From the NCBI GenBank assembly GCA_963810935.1, contig CAWEPK010000007.1:352001-416000 (forward strand): a DNA stretch of 64,000 nt, given 5' to 3'. Origin of the DNA: an uncultured delta proteobacterium (GTDB lineage Bacteria; Desulfobacterota; Syntrophorhabdia; Syntrophorhabdales; WCHB1-27). The notes beneath the pieces were generated by a model. That model did no database searches, had not been told where the DNA came from, and saw nothing but the letters and a program-made list of their open reading frames with translations. Positions 1 through 11,749 of this stretch are shown one piece after another. A program made the position numbers and the translations under genes. Each line of letters starts with the position of its first letter. The first letter of the stretch is position 1.

Positions 1-1
1 C

Positions 2-952
2 CGGAAACCCGCAAGCGGGTCCGGCGGGTTCGACGTGATAGGCGCGGTCCTCAGCTTCTCGGGCCTCGTTTTCCTCGTGTTCGGCGTCGACGGCGCCAAA
101 AGATTCGGATGGTCGTCTCCCGTGACAGTCCTTACGCTTGCCGTAGGCGGCGGTCTCCTTGCCCTGTTCGTGCACAGAGAGCGCACGTGCGGCCAGGCGC
201 TCCTAGACGTCCGGTCCCTGGGCGACCGTGGGCTCGCCTTCGAGCTGGTCGGGACGATCTTCGCATATATGGCTTTTTCGGGGATGATCTTTCTTTTGCC
301 GTTCTACCTGGCGGTGGTAAAAGGCTTCAACGCGAGCCAGATCGGCTTTTTGCTCCTGGTCTACGCCCTCATTTACGTCTTCTTCTCCTCATTTGCGGGA
401 AGGTTGTCCGACAAGGTGAACCCGAACTACCTCTGCGGGGCGGGCATGCTTTCCGCGTCCGTCTGCGCTCTCACGTTCTCGCAGACCCTCCTGCATGACG
501 GGCTCGCATGGACGTTCGTATTCGTCGGGTGGCTGGGCGTCTCTTACGTGCTGTTCTTTGCGCCCAACAGCAATGCGGTCATGCGCCGCGCGCCGGTTGA
601 GAGGAAGGGGAGCGTCTCGGGCCTGCTCAACGCTACGATCAACCTCGGCACGGTGCTCGGGTTGGCGTTGTTGCAGACGATTTTCACGAGCGCGAGCCAG
701 GGCTTGGCGGCTACAGCGGCCGGCTTCGGCCGGACGGCTGCGTCGAGGGAGCTTTTGTTGTCCGGCTTCGCGCACGCCTATGCGGTGGGAGGGCTTTTCT
801 GTGCGGCGGCGTCGGCGAGCGCGTTTATGGCGGTGTTGAGCCGGAAGGCGGCGGTGCTGCGCGTGGAGACGTCAGGCGTTCCGGCGCTGGTGCGGCGTTT
901 CGCGCTTCCCCAGCGCGCCGTTTGTTTCAGCGCCACGGATAAAAAGCGATAA
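2..952 (+). CDS. MFS transporter, DHA2/EmrB-QacA-like, C-terminal part (5' end outside window)
   Basis: Multiple TM helices, GRLSDK loop motif, 'RKGSVSG' motif; frame is open back to the window start. Confidence 0.85.
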   Translation, partial: RKPASGSGGFDVIGAVLSFSGLVFLVFGVDGAKRFGWSSPVTVLTLAVGGGLLALFVHRERTCGQALLDVRSLGDRGLAFELVGTIFAYMAFSGMIFLLPFYLAVVKGFNASQIGFLLLVYALIYVFFSSFAGRLSDKVNPNYLCGAGMLSASVCALTFSQTLLHDGLAWTFVFVGWLGVSYVLFFAPNSNAVMRRAPVERKGSVSGLLNATINLGTVLGLALLQTIFTSASQGLAATAAGFGRTAASRELLLSGFAHAYAVGGLFCAAASASAFMAVLSRKAAVLRVETSGVPALVRRFALPQRAVCFSATDKKR

Positions 953-991
953 AGCAAAAGCGGGACCGGCGGTATAATCCGGTGCGGGCGA

Positions 992-1565
992 ATGCTCTTG
1001 ACACGCGCCGGTCAGGGATGGTATTGGAAATTTGCAATAAATAACAATACGGGCAGACGGAGGTGCAGGATAAAGCTGCTTGCGGCGGCGGCATTGGCCG
1101 TCCTTCTTATCTCTCCCGTTTTCGCGTCCGAAAGATGCCGGGTCAACGATACGGACATCAATGCGGAGTACTACGGCGACTGCGAGAAAGGCCTGGCGAC
1201 GGGCCGGAGCATCGCCAGAGGCAGGAATAGCTACCAGGGTAGTTTCGAGAACGGTAATAAGCATGGCGAAGGCATGTATACCTGGGCCAACGGCAATACA
1301 TACGAGGGCGATTACAAGGACGACAGGCGCAACGGCCGGGGCGTATTCACCTTTGCTAACGGAGACAAGTATGAGGGTGACTTCCGGGACGATAAGCGCC
1401 ATGGCGTTGGGGCATACAACTGGGCAAACGGCAGCAGATACGTTGGCGAATACAGAGACGACGAAGCGCAGCGGCCAGGGAGTTTTCACCTGCAAATCAG
1501 GCAAGAGGTACTCAGGCATATGGGAGAATGGAACGATAAACGGGCAAACGCCCGCCTGCCCTTAA
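992..1565 (+). CDS. Secreted MORN-repeat protein (frameshift near 1470)
   Basis: Repeated YEGDF.DDKRHG.G.Y.WANG units; hydrophobic signal-like segment; the last repeats continue in the 1080..1565 frame (SGKRYSGIWENG). Start uncertain. Confidence 0.8.
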
Positions 1566-1603
1566 TCAGCCGTAACTATTCCTGTTAATATCCCGGACCA
1601 TGT

Positions 1604-4600
1604 CTATTGCGCCGCCCGCTCGTTACCACCGTCCCCTTTTGCATCGATTACGCGGCGGACCGTTTCCGCCACCTCTTTCCTCGTGAGCGGCTTCATCAGG
1701 AACGCGCTCACGCCGGCCGTCTTTGCCTGCTCCGCCGATACCGTCTCGCTGTAGCCCGTGATGAGGATCACCGGCACGTCCGGCGCAGCCTTGAACACCT
1801 TCCCGGCGAGGCCGATGCCGGTAAGCCCCGGCATCACCTGGCCCGTGATGACGAGCCGGAACCTGCCGGGATGCTTTCTGAAAATCTCCCACGCCTTGAT
1901 CCCGCCCGTCGCCGTCGTCACCATGTACCCAAGACCTTTCAACACCTTAGAGGCCATGCGCAGTATGCCCGGCTCGTCGTCCACTAAAAGGACGCGCTCC
2001 GTGCCGCGCGCAGCCGGGCCTTCGTCTTCCTGCTCGGAGGCTGCCTCCGCGTGCGCCAGGGGCAGGTAGACGTTGAACAGGGTGCCTGCGCCCGGCGTGC
2101 TTTCCACGGTGATCTCCCCGTCGTGGTCCCTCACTATGCCGTAAACGACTGCAAGCCCCATACCCGTCCCCTTGCCCTGCGCCTTGGTCGTGAAGAAGGG
2201 CTCGAATATGCGGCGGCGCACGTCGTCGCTCATGCCCGCCCCCGTGTCACGCACGCTCAGGCAGGCATATTTGCCTGGCGGCAGGCTTACGCCGGGCAGG
2301 GGGTCCGCTCCCGGCAGGGCGACGTTCGCAAGGCCGATCGTGAGCACGCCCCCTTTTTTCTCCATCGCGTGCAAGGCGTTTGTGCCGAGGTTGACCACGA
2401 TCTGCTGTATCTGGGAAAGGTCGGCCAGGATTATGTCGTCTTCCGCCTTCAGGTCAAGCTCCATTTTGATCGTTGTGGGGATGGCGCTGCGCAGGAGCTG
2501 GTACGTCTCCTTCACGACGGGCTTCAGCTTGAGGGGGTTGCTCACGCGCTCAGACTTCCTGCTGAACGTCAGTATCTGCTTGGTCAGGTCGCGTGCGCGC
2601 TTCGACGCCTTGACGATCTGCTTCACGTTCCTGGACGTCCCCGACGCCTCGTTCAGGTCGTCCAGCACCAGCTCCGCATTGCCGAGTATGATCGCGAGCA
2701 TATTGTTGAAGTCGTGGGCGATGCCGCCCGCCAGCGTGCCTACCGCCTCCATCTTCTGCGACTGGCGCAGGTGCTCTTCCAGCACGGCTTTTTCTTTCTC
2801 GGCCCTCCTCTGGTCCGTGATGTCCATGCTCACCTCGATGACGAGGGACGATCCGTCTACGTCGGTAAACGGGGCGTCGTAGACTGCCATGACGTCGCCT
2901 GCGCGCGTCATGCGCTCCGAGTGGAGCGCTCTGCCCGTCTGAAGGACGGAGAACGCGGGGCAGGGGTCGCACGGCGCCTCCCTGCCGTGCAGGTGCTCGT
3001 AACAATGGCGCTCCCCGGCATCTCCGAATTTCTCACGATAGGCGCGGTTGGCAAAGGCTATGTGATAGTCGGCCGTCAGCAGGCAAACAAGGGGCGGCAC
3101 CGCCTCCAGCGTGTCGTACAGCCTGCGGCGCTCGTTCTCAAGCTCCGCCGTACGTTCCAGCACCCGCTGCTCAAGCTCGTCGCGCGAGCGGCGCACCTCG
3201 TCCTGAGCCTGCCTGCGGGCCGTTACGTCGCTTTGCACCCCGTCCCATATCGTGCGGCCGTCCGGCGCGCGGTGCGGCCGCGCATGGAGGTACATCCACC
3301 GCGTTTGGCCGTCCGGCCTGCGCATGGGGACTTCCATATCGAGGTCCGAGAGGTCGGCCGCGCTTTTCGCCTGCGCCTCCAACATGCGCCGGCGGTATTC
3401 CCTCGGGATCTGCCTGTACAGGACGGAGGCGTCGGCCAGCACGTCGGCCACGCGTACGCCGTTCATGTGCTCGATGCCGCTGCTGACGTAGAGGAAACAG
3501 GTGGTCCCGTCCGGCTCGCGGGCATACTGGTAGACCGCACTGTCCGGCAGGTTATTTTCAAGAAGGCGCATACGCTTTTCACTTTCGCTCAGGGCCTCCT
3601 CGCGCAAGCGCACCTTCTCCGCCATTTCATTGAACTCGACGGCAAGCTCCCGCAATTCGGTCGGTCCGGCAGTCAACCGCATTTGCCGCCGTTCTCCCCG
3701 GCCCAGGGCGCGCGCCCTGTCGCGGAGGCCGATGATCGCCTGCGAGATGGGACCGGCGTTAACAATAACGGCGGTGAAGGCGGCGACGGCCACGAGGAGT
3801 ATGAGAAGCGCCTGCGGCACGAGGGCCTGCCTTATCTCCTTTACCACTGCGGCTTCCGCCCGGCTTGCCGCGACCACCCACCCCAGCGAGCCGACGGGCG
3901 CGAAGGCGGCCAGCCGCCACGTCCGGGTCCGGGGCGCCCAGACCCTCGCCGTGACTTCTTTCCCCTTCATTGTCTGAGCCATGACGGGATAGAGCTTAAG
4001 CCAGTTCCGGTGCTCCATCGGAAATAGCGTGGATGGATAACGATAGACGTGGATGCCCTTTGCGTCGACCAGGCTTATGCCGCCGTCTTCTTCCCGTTCG
4101 ATGGCGAGCACGTTGTCCATCATCCCGGGCACGATGGCCGCGCTCACTATGCCCAGGAGCTTCCCTGACGCGTCGCGGACAGGCCTGACGATGGCGAATA
4201 TCTCCCTGCCCGTCAGGCTCGGAGGTAAAAAGATCGGTCAGGACCCAGTCTTCCGCGGAGATGTAGTCAGCGAGACGGCCGTTTTTCGCGAGGTCGAGGC
4301 TCTCGGCTTCAGGCCTGCTCGCTGCCAGCACCCGGCCGTTGGGGGCAGCCCAGAGGAACTCCCTGAACGCCTTATTCTCCAACTGCGCGGAGAGCAATAT
4401 CTGGCGCAGGGCGTCCTGCGAGGGCGGCGGCCTTACGGTGGCCGCCTTGCCTATCGCTGCCTCGGTGCGGATTACGTCGAAGACAAATGCCTCGAAGGAT
4501 TTGGCGACGGTCCTGGCGATTTCCGCGTTGGACCGCATCTCCGTCTGTTTGCGCTCCCGGTACCAGCTATAGAAAGTAAACGCCTGGAGGAAGAGAAGGG

Positions 4601-4673
4601 GGACAAAGACGGACAGAAGCAAAAGCAGGATCGTCTTCCGGATTCCCATAGAAGCGCGAAACCTTTGCATCAT
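1604..4673 (-). CDS. Membrane hybrid sensor histidine kinase (Cache-HAMP-PAS-PAS-HisKA-HATPase-REC); frameshift near 4230
   Basis: H-box AHDFNN, G-boxes DTGAGM/GTGMGL, C-terminal REC (VDDE...KP); N-terminal TM and Cache region in the 3996..4673 frame. Confidence 0.9.
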
Positions 4674-4806
4674 CCTTTACCTTAATGCCCTAAAGAAGTA
4701 AAACTGATCCCATACTAGGATAACAGAACGCTTCGCCGACGCCAAATAAAATCGTTATACGGTTCGTGGAAGTTATTCATGTTTGAAGTGCGCCGGCTCC
4801 TTTCCC

Positions 4807-4916
4807 TCCGTCATGCCGGCGGAAGCCGGCATCCAGCGATTTTAAGGACCTTGAATGACCTGGACCCTGGCTCCCGGATTGAAACATCCCGGGACAGGTT
4901 CCGCCAGGGCGACGGA
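4807..4916. repeat. REP/dRS3-like palindromic element with nested ~28-bp insert
   Basis: CGTCATGCCGGCGGAAGCCGGCATCCAG ... CTGGACCCTGG[CTCCCGGATTGAAACATCCCGGGACAGG]TTCCGCCAGGGCGACG; related copy at 53904-54011. Confidence 0.7.
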
Positions 4917-5210
4917 GAAACGAACCGCGACTTTATTCTGCAAGTCGCTCTATAGGACATCAGGGCCACACCGGCGCCGGGCGGGAAGGGTTGCCTGGAG
5001 GTGGTGTTGAACCCGATTACTGCCGGAGCGAGCGCCGAGCGCGGCAGTAATAAAGCAAGCGAAGCGCCGCGCCGAGGGGGGAGGCTCCATGCGGCTGATG
5101 CCGCTGGAGGGGGTGCTGAACCCCAATGATAGTAGGCCCTCCCCCTTGTAGCAAGGGGGAGGGCAGGTTGGGGAGGGTGGGTACTGCCGTATTTAGTGGT
5201 GGCGGCCTTT

Positions 5211-6623
5211 TCAGGCCGCAGGCACGGTCCGCGCGCGGCCGTTATGCGGGCCGGGGGACGCGGTTTCCCTGACCGTGGAGAGAGAGAACTCCCGGACGGG
5301 CGTAGCGAGCAGGGGGCGGCGGACCGATCTGATGTCCACCCCCGCCCTCATGGCGGATATGACCCCTGCCGCCTCCAGGTAATTGTCCACGATAAAGAGC
5401 TTTCCGGGCGCGAAAGGCAGGTCTTCGAGCTTATTTCTCATGCGGTTGGCGTTTTCCCGCACGGCGATAACCGGTATGCCGTGCTCGAGGGCCGCAAGAA
5501 CCGGCAGGCCGAGGCAGCCGTAAGGGATTATAAGGCAGGAGACGTGCTCCGCGGTGAGGGTATCGTCCGTGCACGCATCGATGGGCACGATGGCGGGGCT
5601 TCTGTGCATGCCCTTGATAATGCAATGGAGGCACGTGATCGAAACGACCTCTGCTGCTTTCCTCGGGTCGACGACCCCCAACTCCGTGTATGCGTCGTAT
5701 CCGTCGGACATCGAGGGCATCATAGGCGAGTGCGCGGAAGGCACGTCGAAAAGCAGGGAGACGCCGTGGGTAAGCATCGCCTCCGCCCCGCCCCACGGGT
5801 TGAGGATATCGCCATTGCTGTGGAAGTAATCGCGCCGTATGCGCATGGGCGCGTCGATGACCGACGAGACCGCCACCGCGTCGTACTCGCCCCTGTATTC
5901 CGACAGCAGCTCGCACAGCCGGTCGAAGTGGTCGATCCTGCCGACCGCCCTTCCGGATCGCGAATAGAGCGACTTCATGCTGAACCGGTCATTCATCAGC
6001 ACGACGCCGGGGCAATCGAGGCCCATGGCCGCCCTGGCTGCCGACACGGCGTTTATAGCCCCTTCGTAGAGGGGCTTTTCGTCAAGCTTGTCGATGACGA
6101 GGATGACCCTGTTCGACCGGACCTTGCGGAGGCCGATTGCGCCCATCATGAAGCGTGTCAGGACGCTCCCTTCCACGTATAGGCCGTTCTCCGGAAGCTC
6201 GTTGATGTCGGACGCGTTGACTACGTTCGGATGGGTTATCAGGGTGTCGCACGTAGAGGCGATCAGGCGGGCGAGCGCCCCGGCGTCGCCGGAATGTCCA
6301 CCGATCTCAGCGCCTACGCCGGTCGGCACCATCAGCACTATGTTGAGCTTCCTGGTGTCTTCGTGCGTGCGCTTTCTGAACTCGAATATCTTGTCCGGCT
6401 CTATGCCCACGGACGGCCCCGCGCCCGCAAGCACGCCCATCTCGCAATGGTAATGTTTCCGGTCTGTTTCCGTGACGACGAACCTGACGGGGACTTCATC
6501 GGGCCCAAGGCGGCCAAGGACGATCTCCGGCAGCTCGTCAAGCAGGCCCGCATGGCCCGGAATAACGGGGATGGTCATCTCTTTTTCGTGCAGGAACATC
6601 GGGCACCTCGGGTTCGGAAACAT
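5211..6623 (-). CDS. DUF3326 family protein with N-terminal extension
   Basis: Family motifs VPTGVGAEIGGHSGDA, LITHPNVVNA, LYVEGS, NPWGGAEAMLTH, AHSP, DPRKAAE, NYLEAAG. Confidence 0.8.
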   Translation of the reverse strand: MFPNPRCPMFLHEKEMTIPVIPGHAGLLDELPEIVLGRLGPDEVPVRFVVTETDRKHYHCEMGVLAGAGPSVGIEPDKIFEFRKRTHEDTRKLNIVLMVPTGVGAEIGGHSGDAGALARLIASTCDTLITHPNVVNASDINELPENGLYVEGSVLTRFMMGAIGLRKVRSNRVILVIDKLDEKPLYEGAINAVSAARAAMGLDCPGVVLMNDRFSMKSLYSRSGRAVGRIDHFDRLCELLSEYRGEYDAVAVSSVIDAPMRIRRDYFHSNGDILNPWGGAEAMLTHGVSLLFDVPSAHSPMMPSMSDGYDAYTELGVVDPRKAAEVVSITCLHCIIKGMHRSPAIVPIDACTDDTLTAEHVSCLIIPYGCLGLPVLAALEHGIPVIAVRENANRMRNKLEDLPFAPGKLFIVDNYLEAAGVISAMRAGVDIRSVRRPLLATPVREFSLSTVRETASPGPHNGRARTVPAA

Positions 6624-6933
6624 GGTGCGGCGGTCCGTCTCGACGGTAGTATATGCGCCCCTGTTCCCCGTGTCATGCGGATTCAGCCGCTGCAGGCCCC
6701 CGAAAGCGTCCGACGCGCGCGGATTGCCGGACAGCCGTGTACAGGCGTGTACATCAAATGCGGTGTTTTTTGCTCCGAGCGCCTGTAACGCTTAACCTAC
6801 TATCCGGACGGTCCGATAAGATTAGATGGTGATGACTTATCACCGCCCCCGCGCGCGGGTATAAGGTCGCAGCCGGGGATTCGATCCATGCAGCGTCGCA
6901 GGCGGCAAAGCCGGTATCGAATGGAAAGGGAAG

Positions 6934-9900
6934 ATGGTCAGCAGGCACAGCTTGAAGCGTAATTACCCGTTCGTCATCCTGGTGGCATTGATGGCTGTGT
7001 TATCCCTGTGGCTGTTTGCAGTGCTCAGGGACCTCGATTACCAGCGGATAGAACGCTCTTTCGAAACCGATGCGGAACACCGTTATGAGACCCTGAAGCT
7101 TGAAATCGACCTGAATCTCCACGCAGTACGCTCGTTGAGGGCCCTGTACGCGAGCGACAGCGACGTCAAGGAAACCGAATTCAGCACCTTTGCCCGGTAT
7201 CTGTTGTCGAAGAACCCCAGCATACAGGCGCTCGAATGGATACCCAGGGTCCCCAATTCGCGACGGTCGTCCTATGAAGTGCTCGCAGCCGGACAGACTC
7301 CATCCTGTGCGCCAGATCACCGAACGGGACGGCCGGGGCAAGATGATAAGGGCCGGCGGCCGGGACCAGTATTTCCCGGTAGGGTTCGTGGAGCCTTATG
7401 AAGGTAACGAGGCAGCCCTCGGGTTCGACCTGGCTTCAAACCCCGAGCGGAAGACGGCACTGGACGCGGCGAGGGATACAGGGAACCTGGTTACGTCCCA
7501 ACGGATAAAACTCGTGCAGGAGAAAGCAGGCCAGTACGGGTTCCTGGTCTTCGGCCCCGTCTACCGGGGCAGCCCGGCCGATTCGGTCGAAGCAAGGCGC
7601 AGGAGCCTGCAAGGTTTTGTCCTCGGGGTCTTTCGCTGCGCCGATATAGCGGCGGGGGCTTTGCTCACCGAGGAGTCGACAGGCATTGCGTTGACTCTCT
7701 ATGACATTACCGCCCCCAGCGACGAGCAGCTTCTCTATCACCGGACGTCGCAGGTTGCTTCCGGCGCCAAGCCGGGCGCCCCGGGCAAACCCGTTTCGGA
7801 ACCCCCTTTCGTTTACAACAAGATACTGAACGTGGCGCAGCGCCAATGGCGTATGGCGATCTCGGCCGATGCCTCTTATGTCGCGCTCAACAGGTCATGG
7901 CAACCGTGGGGCGCGCTCCTTGCCGGGTTCCTCCTGGGCGCCCTGATCATAAATCAGCTCCTTGCGAGTGGAACGCACATCCGTTCTCTTGCCGCAGTCA
8001 ATGCGGACCTGCAAAACGAGGTGGTCGAGCGCAGGAGGACTGAGGACTCCCTCAGGGAGAGCGAGGCCAAGTTCCGCTCCTATATCGAAAGGTCCCCTCT
8101 GGCGGTCTTTGTGGCCGATCAGGAAGGGCGCATAATCGAAGTCAACCATTCGGCTACCGAGCTGACGGGTTACGATGCGGCAACGTTGTTAAAAATGCCT
8201 ATCTGGGAGCTGCACTCGGCAGAAGACCGGGAAGTTGTGCTCAACGAATTTACAAACCTGGCCCATGAAGGGCGCGTTGAGGGTGAATACCGCTTCCGGA
8301 GAAAGGATGGATCGCTTATCTGGGTCGGCCTCAAGGCCACCATGATCGGAGGCCGGGTGTCTCTTGCCTACTGTACGGACATCTCCGACCGGAAGCGGGC
8401 GGAAGAGGCATTGAGGCGATACGAGCTGCTGTCCGCGCACAGCCGTGACATTATGCTCTTCGTGCGCAAAGACGATGGGAGGGTCCTGGAGGCCAACGCC
8501 GCCGCCGAAAAGGCTTACGGTTACAGCCATGAGGACCTGTTGGGACTCACGGTCGCGGACTTACGCGCCCCCGAGACGCTCGTCCGGGTCCGGCGCGACC
8601 TCGATGAGGCCGATTCCGGCGGCATGCTCTTCGAAACCGTACACCGGCGCAGCGACGGCAGCACGTTCCCTGCCGAGGTGAGCGCTCGCGGCGCGACGAT
8701 CGGGGGCGTCCGCACGCTCGTGAGCGTGGTGAGGGATATTACAGAGCGGAAGCAGGCGGAGAAGGCGCTGCGGGAGTCGGAGAGCAAGTTCAGGGACTTC
8801 GCTGAAAGATCGACAGTCGGCATCTACCTCGTTCAAGGCGGTATCTTCAGGTACGTGAACGCCCGGTTCGCCGAAATAACGGGGTATCCGGTCCAGGAGA
8901 TAATCGACGTCAAGGGGCCGTCGCATCTCGTCCTGCCTGAAGACCTGCCCTTGTTGCTCGAAAACGCGGAGATCGGAAGGCGTGGGGAGGCCGGCTCGAT
9001 ACATGACGAGTTCAGGATCGCCACGAAACAATGGGAGATCAGGCAGGTGGAAATCTATGGTTCCTCCACAACGTACGGCGGTAAACCGGCGATGATCGGG
9101 ACCTTGATCGATATTACCGAGCGTAAGGCTACGGAAGAAGTGCTGCGCGAAAAGACGGCCTTCCTTGAGGCCCTGATTCATTCTTCCATGGACGGGATTT
9201 TCGTAGACGACGATAACCGGCGCAAGATATTCAAGAACCAGCGCTACATAGACCTGAGAAAGCTCCCGCCACACCTGGCCGATGAAGAGAGCGACGAGAA
9301 GATGCTGGAGTATTGCTCCGAAACAACCAAGAACCGGGAGGAGTTCATAGAACAGCTCGAGCACCTCTATTCGCACCCGTACGAGAGCAGCCTGGATGAA
9401 ATCGAGCTGACCGACGGGACCGTCCTGGAAAGGTACTCGGCGCCCGTCGTAAAAGACGGCAGGCATTACGGCCGCATATGGACGTTTCACGATATAACTC
9501 ACCGGAAGCTTACGGAAGAATCGCTCAGGCGCAGCGAGGCAACGATGAGGTCCATACTTTCTGCGTCGCCGATAGGTATAGCCGTTCAGAATGCGGACAG
9601 GGCCGCGCACTGGTTCAACGCAAGTATGTCCTCCATTACGGGTTACACGCAGGAAGAAATAAGAATTTACGGGGCCCGCAAGGTTTACGAGAGCGATGAA
9701 GAATACCAGCGTGTCAAGGAGGTCGTCTGGGGGGAAATCGAGAAGGGCGCCGACGGGACAACGGATACGAGATGGGTCCGCAAGGACGGCACGATGGTAG
9801 ACGTCCATTTGTGTATGGCGCCGATAGATCATGGCGACCTTTCCCTGGGCGTGGTCACCACGGCCACCGATATCACGTCCCGCAAGCTTGCCGAAGAGGC

Positions 9901-10794
9901 CCTTCGGAAGAGCGAGCATAGCCTTCGCACTCTTCTTGGCGAGCTGGAGCTTAAGAACAGGGAGCTGGAGGACGCGTACAACGAGCTGAAAGAATCGCAG
10001 AAGAAAATCATCCAGCAGGAGAAGATGGCCTCCATTGGGCAGCTCGCCGCGGGGGTGGCGCACGAGATCAATAACCCGACGGCGTTCGTGATGAGCAACC
10101 TCCATACTCTGCAAAAGTACCTGGACAGGGTATACGAGTTCGTAAGCCTTCAGTCGGAGGCGGCAGGGGTGGGCGATGAGGCCAGGATTGCCATGTCGGA
10201 GACCGTCGCCGAGCGCAGGCGTTCCCTGAAGATCGATTATATCCTCGATGACTCGCGCAACCTCATCAGGGAATCGATCGAAGGCGAGGACAGGGTAAAG
10301 CGGATCGTACAGGACCTCAAGGATTTTTCCCGGATCGACGGTACGAACCGCACGCCGGCGGACATTAACAATATCCTCGAAACGACGCTCAACATAGTCT
10401 GGAACGAGTTGAAATACAAGGCGACGATCGCCAAGGAATACGGGGAGCTGCCGCCGGTCGTCTGCAACGCGGGAGAGCTGAGCCAGGTCTTCATGAATAT
10501 ACTTGTGAACGCCGCGCAGGCCATGGAAGACCACGGCGAAATCACTATCAGCACCAGTGGAGAGGACAAATACGTGCGGGTGGCCATATCCGACACGGGT
10601 TGCGGGATACCGCAAGCCCACTCGACAAGGTGTTCGAGCCTTTCTTCACTACGAAAGAGATAGGCAAAGGCACGGGCCTCGGCCTCTCCATTGCATACGA
10701 CATCGTCAAAAAGCATAATGGCGAGATCGACGTTGAAAGCCAGGTCGGCAAAGGGACGACGTTCGTGGTAAAAATCCCGTACAAGGAGATGTGA
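6934..10794 (+). CDS. CHASE/multi-PAS sensor histidine kinase; frameshifts near 7290 and 10620
   Basis: CHASE motifs (ALEWIPRV, NEAALGFDL), five PAS repeats, H-box AHEINNP; the FFTTKEIGKGTGLGL tail is in the 10600..10794 frame. Confidence 0.9.
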
Positions 10795-10795
10795 G

Positions 10796-11749
10796 TTGGA
10801 AGGGGAGAAGGTACTTTTTCTGGACGACGAACGGAACGTTTTGAACTCGTTGAGCAGGTTGTTCATCGACGACGCGCTCGATATCCTGACGTTCACGTCC
10901 GGCCGGGAGGCTTTGGAGGCGATTAGAACGAGGGACGTCTCGGTAATCGTCTCGGACAACCTCATGCCTGAGATGAGGGGCATAGAGTTCCTGCAGCGGG
11001 CGAGGTACGTCTCGCCCGACAGCGTGAGGATCATGCTCACCGGCTACACCGACGTCCAGGCGGCAATCGATGCGATCAACAAAGGGGAAGTATATAAGTT
11101 CGTAATTAAACCGTGGGATGACGAAGAGCTCAGGAAGATTATTTTCGGCGCTGTCGACCGGCACAAAATGGTGCAGTCGATGAGACAGGCCGACGAGCAC
11201 GCGCTACAGTCCCTGGCGCAGACTATAGAGCTAAAGGACGCTTATACGAAGGGCCACTGCGAGAGGGTTGCCAAATACGCCCTGGCTATAGCGGGGGCGA
11301 TGGGCCTCGACGAAGACCTGAAGGAGAGTGTCAGGCGGGGAAGCTGGCTCCACGACTGCGGCAAGATAGGCGTGCCTGAAGCCATCCTTAACTATCCGGG
11401 TCCGTTGACAGACGACCAGATGGCGGTAATCCGGAAGCACCCTTGCTGGGGGGCCGATGTGGCTAAGGCGGCCTGTCTGTCGGAATCGGTCATAAGCATT
11501 ATCCGCTACCACCATGAGCGTTACGACGGGTCGGGCTATCCCGCAGGCCTGGCGGGAAACGATATCCCCCTGGAGGCCCGCATCGTCCATGTTGCCGATA
11601 TTTATGACGCATTGACATCTGCCCGGTCGTACCGGGACAGGATGAGCAAAGAAAAGGCCCTGGAGATCATGGCAAGCAACAAGGGGACATATTCCGACCC
11701 GCTGGTCGTAGACACATTGGTTCGCGTCCTGGAGCGGGAAGATGAGTGA
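10796..11749 (+). CDS. Response regulator with HD-GYP phosphodiesterase domain
   Basis: REC (LDDE, SDNLMP, KPW) plus LHDCGK and HHERYDGSGYP. Confidence 0.92.
   Translation: MEGEKVLFLDDERNVLNSLSRLFIDDALDILTFTSGREALEAIRTRDVSVIVSDNLMPEMRGIEFLQRARYVSPDSVRIMLTGYTDVQAAIDAINKGEVYKFVIKPWDDEELRKIIFGAVDRHKMVQSMRQADEHALQSLAQTIELKDAYTKGHCERVAKYALAIAGAMGLDEDLKESVRRGSWLHDCGKIGVPEAILNYPGPLTDDQMAVIRKHPCWGADVAKAACLSESVISIIRYHHERYDGSGYPAGLAGNDIPLEARIVHVADIYDALTSARSYRDRMSKEKALEIMASNKGTYSDPLVVDTLVRVLEREDE

Noticed and set aside
2051..4027. Long antisense ORFs (also 8561-10621, 13824-14996, 51100-53169)
   Set aside because: Shadow frames of GC-rich genes on the opposite strand with no recognisable motifs.
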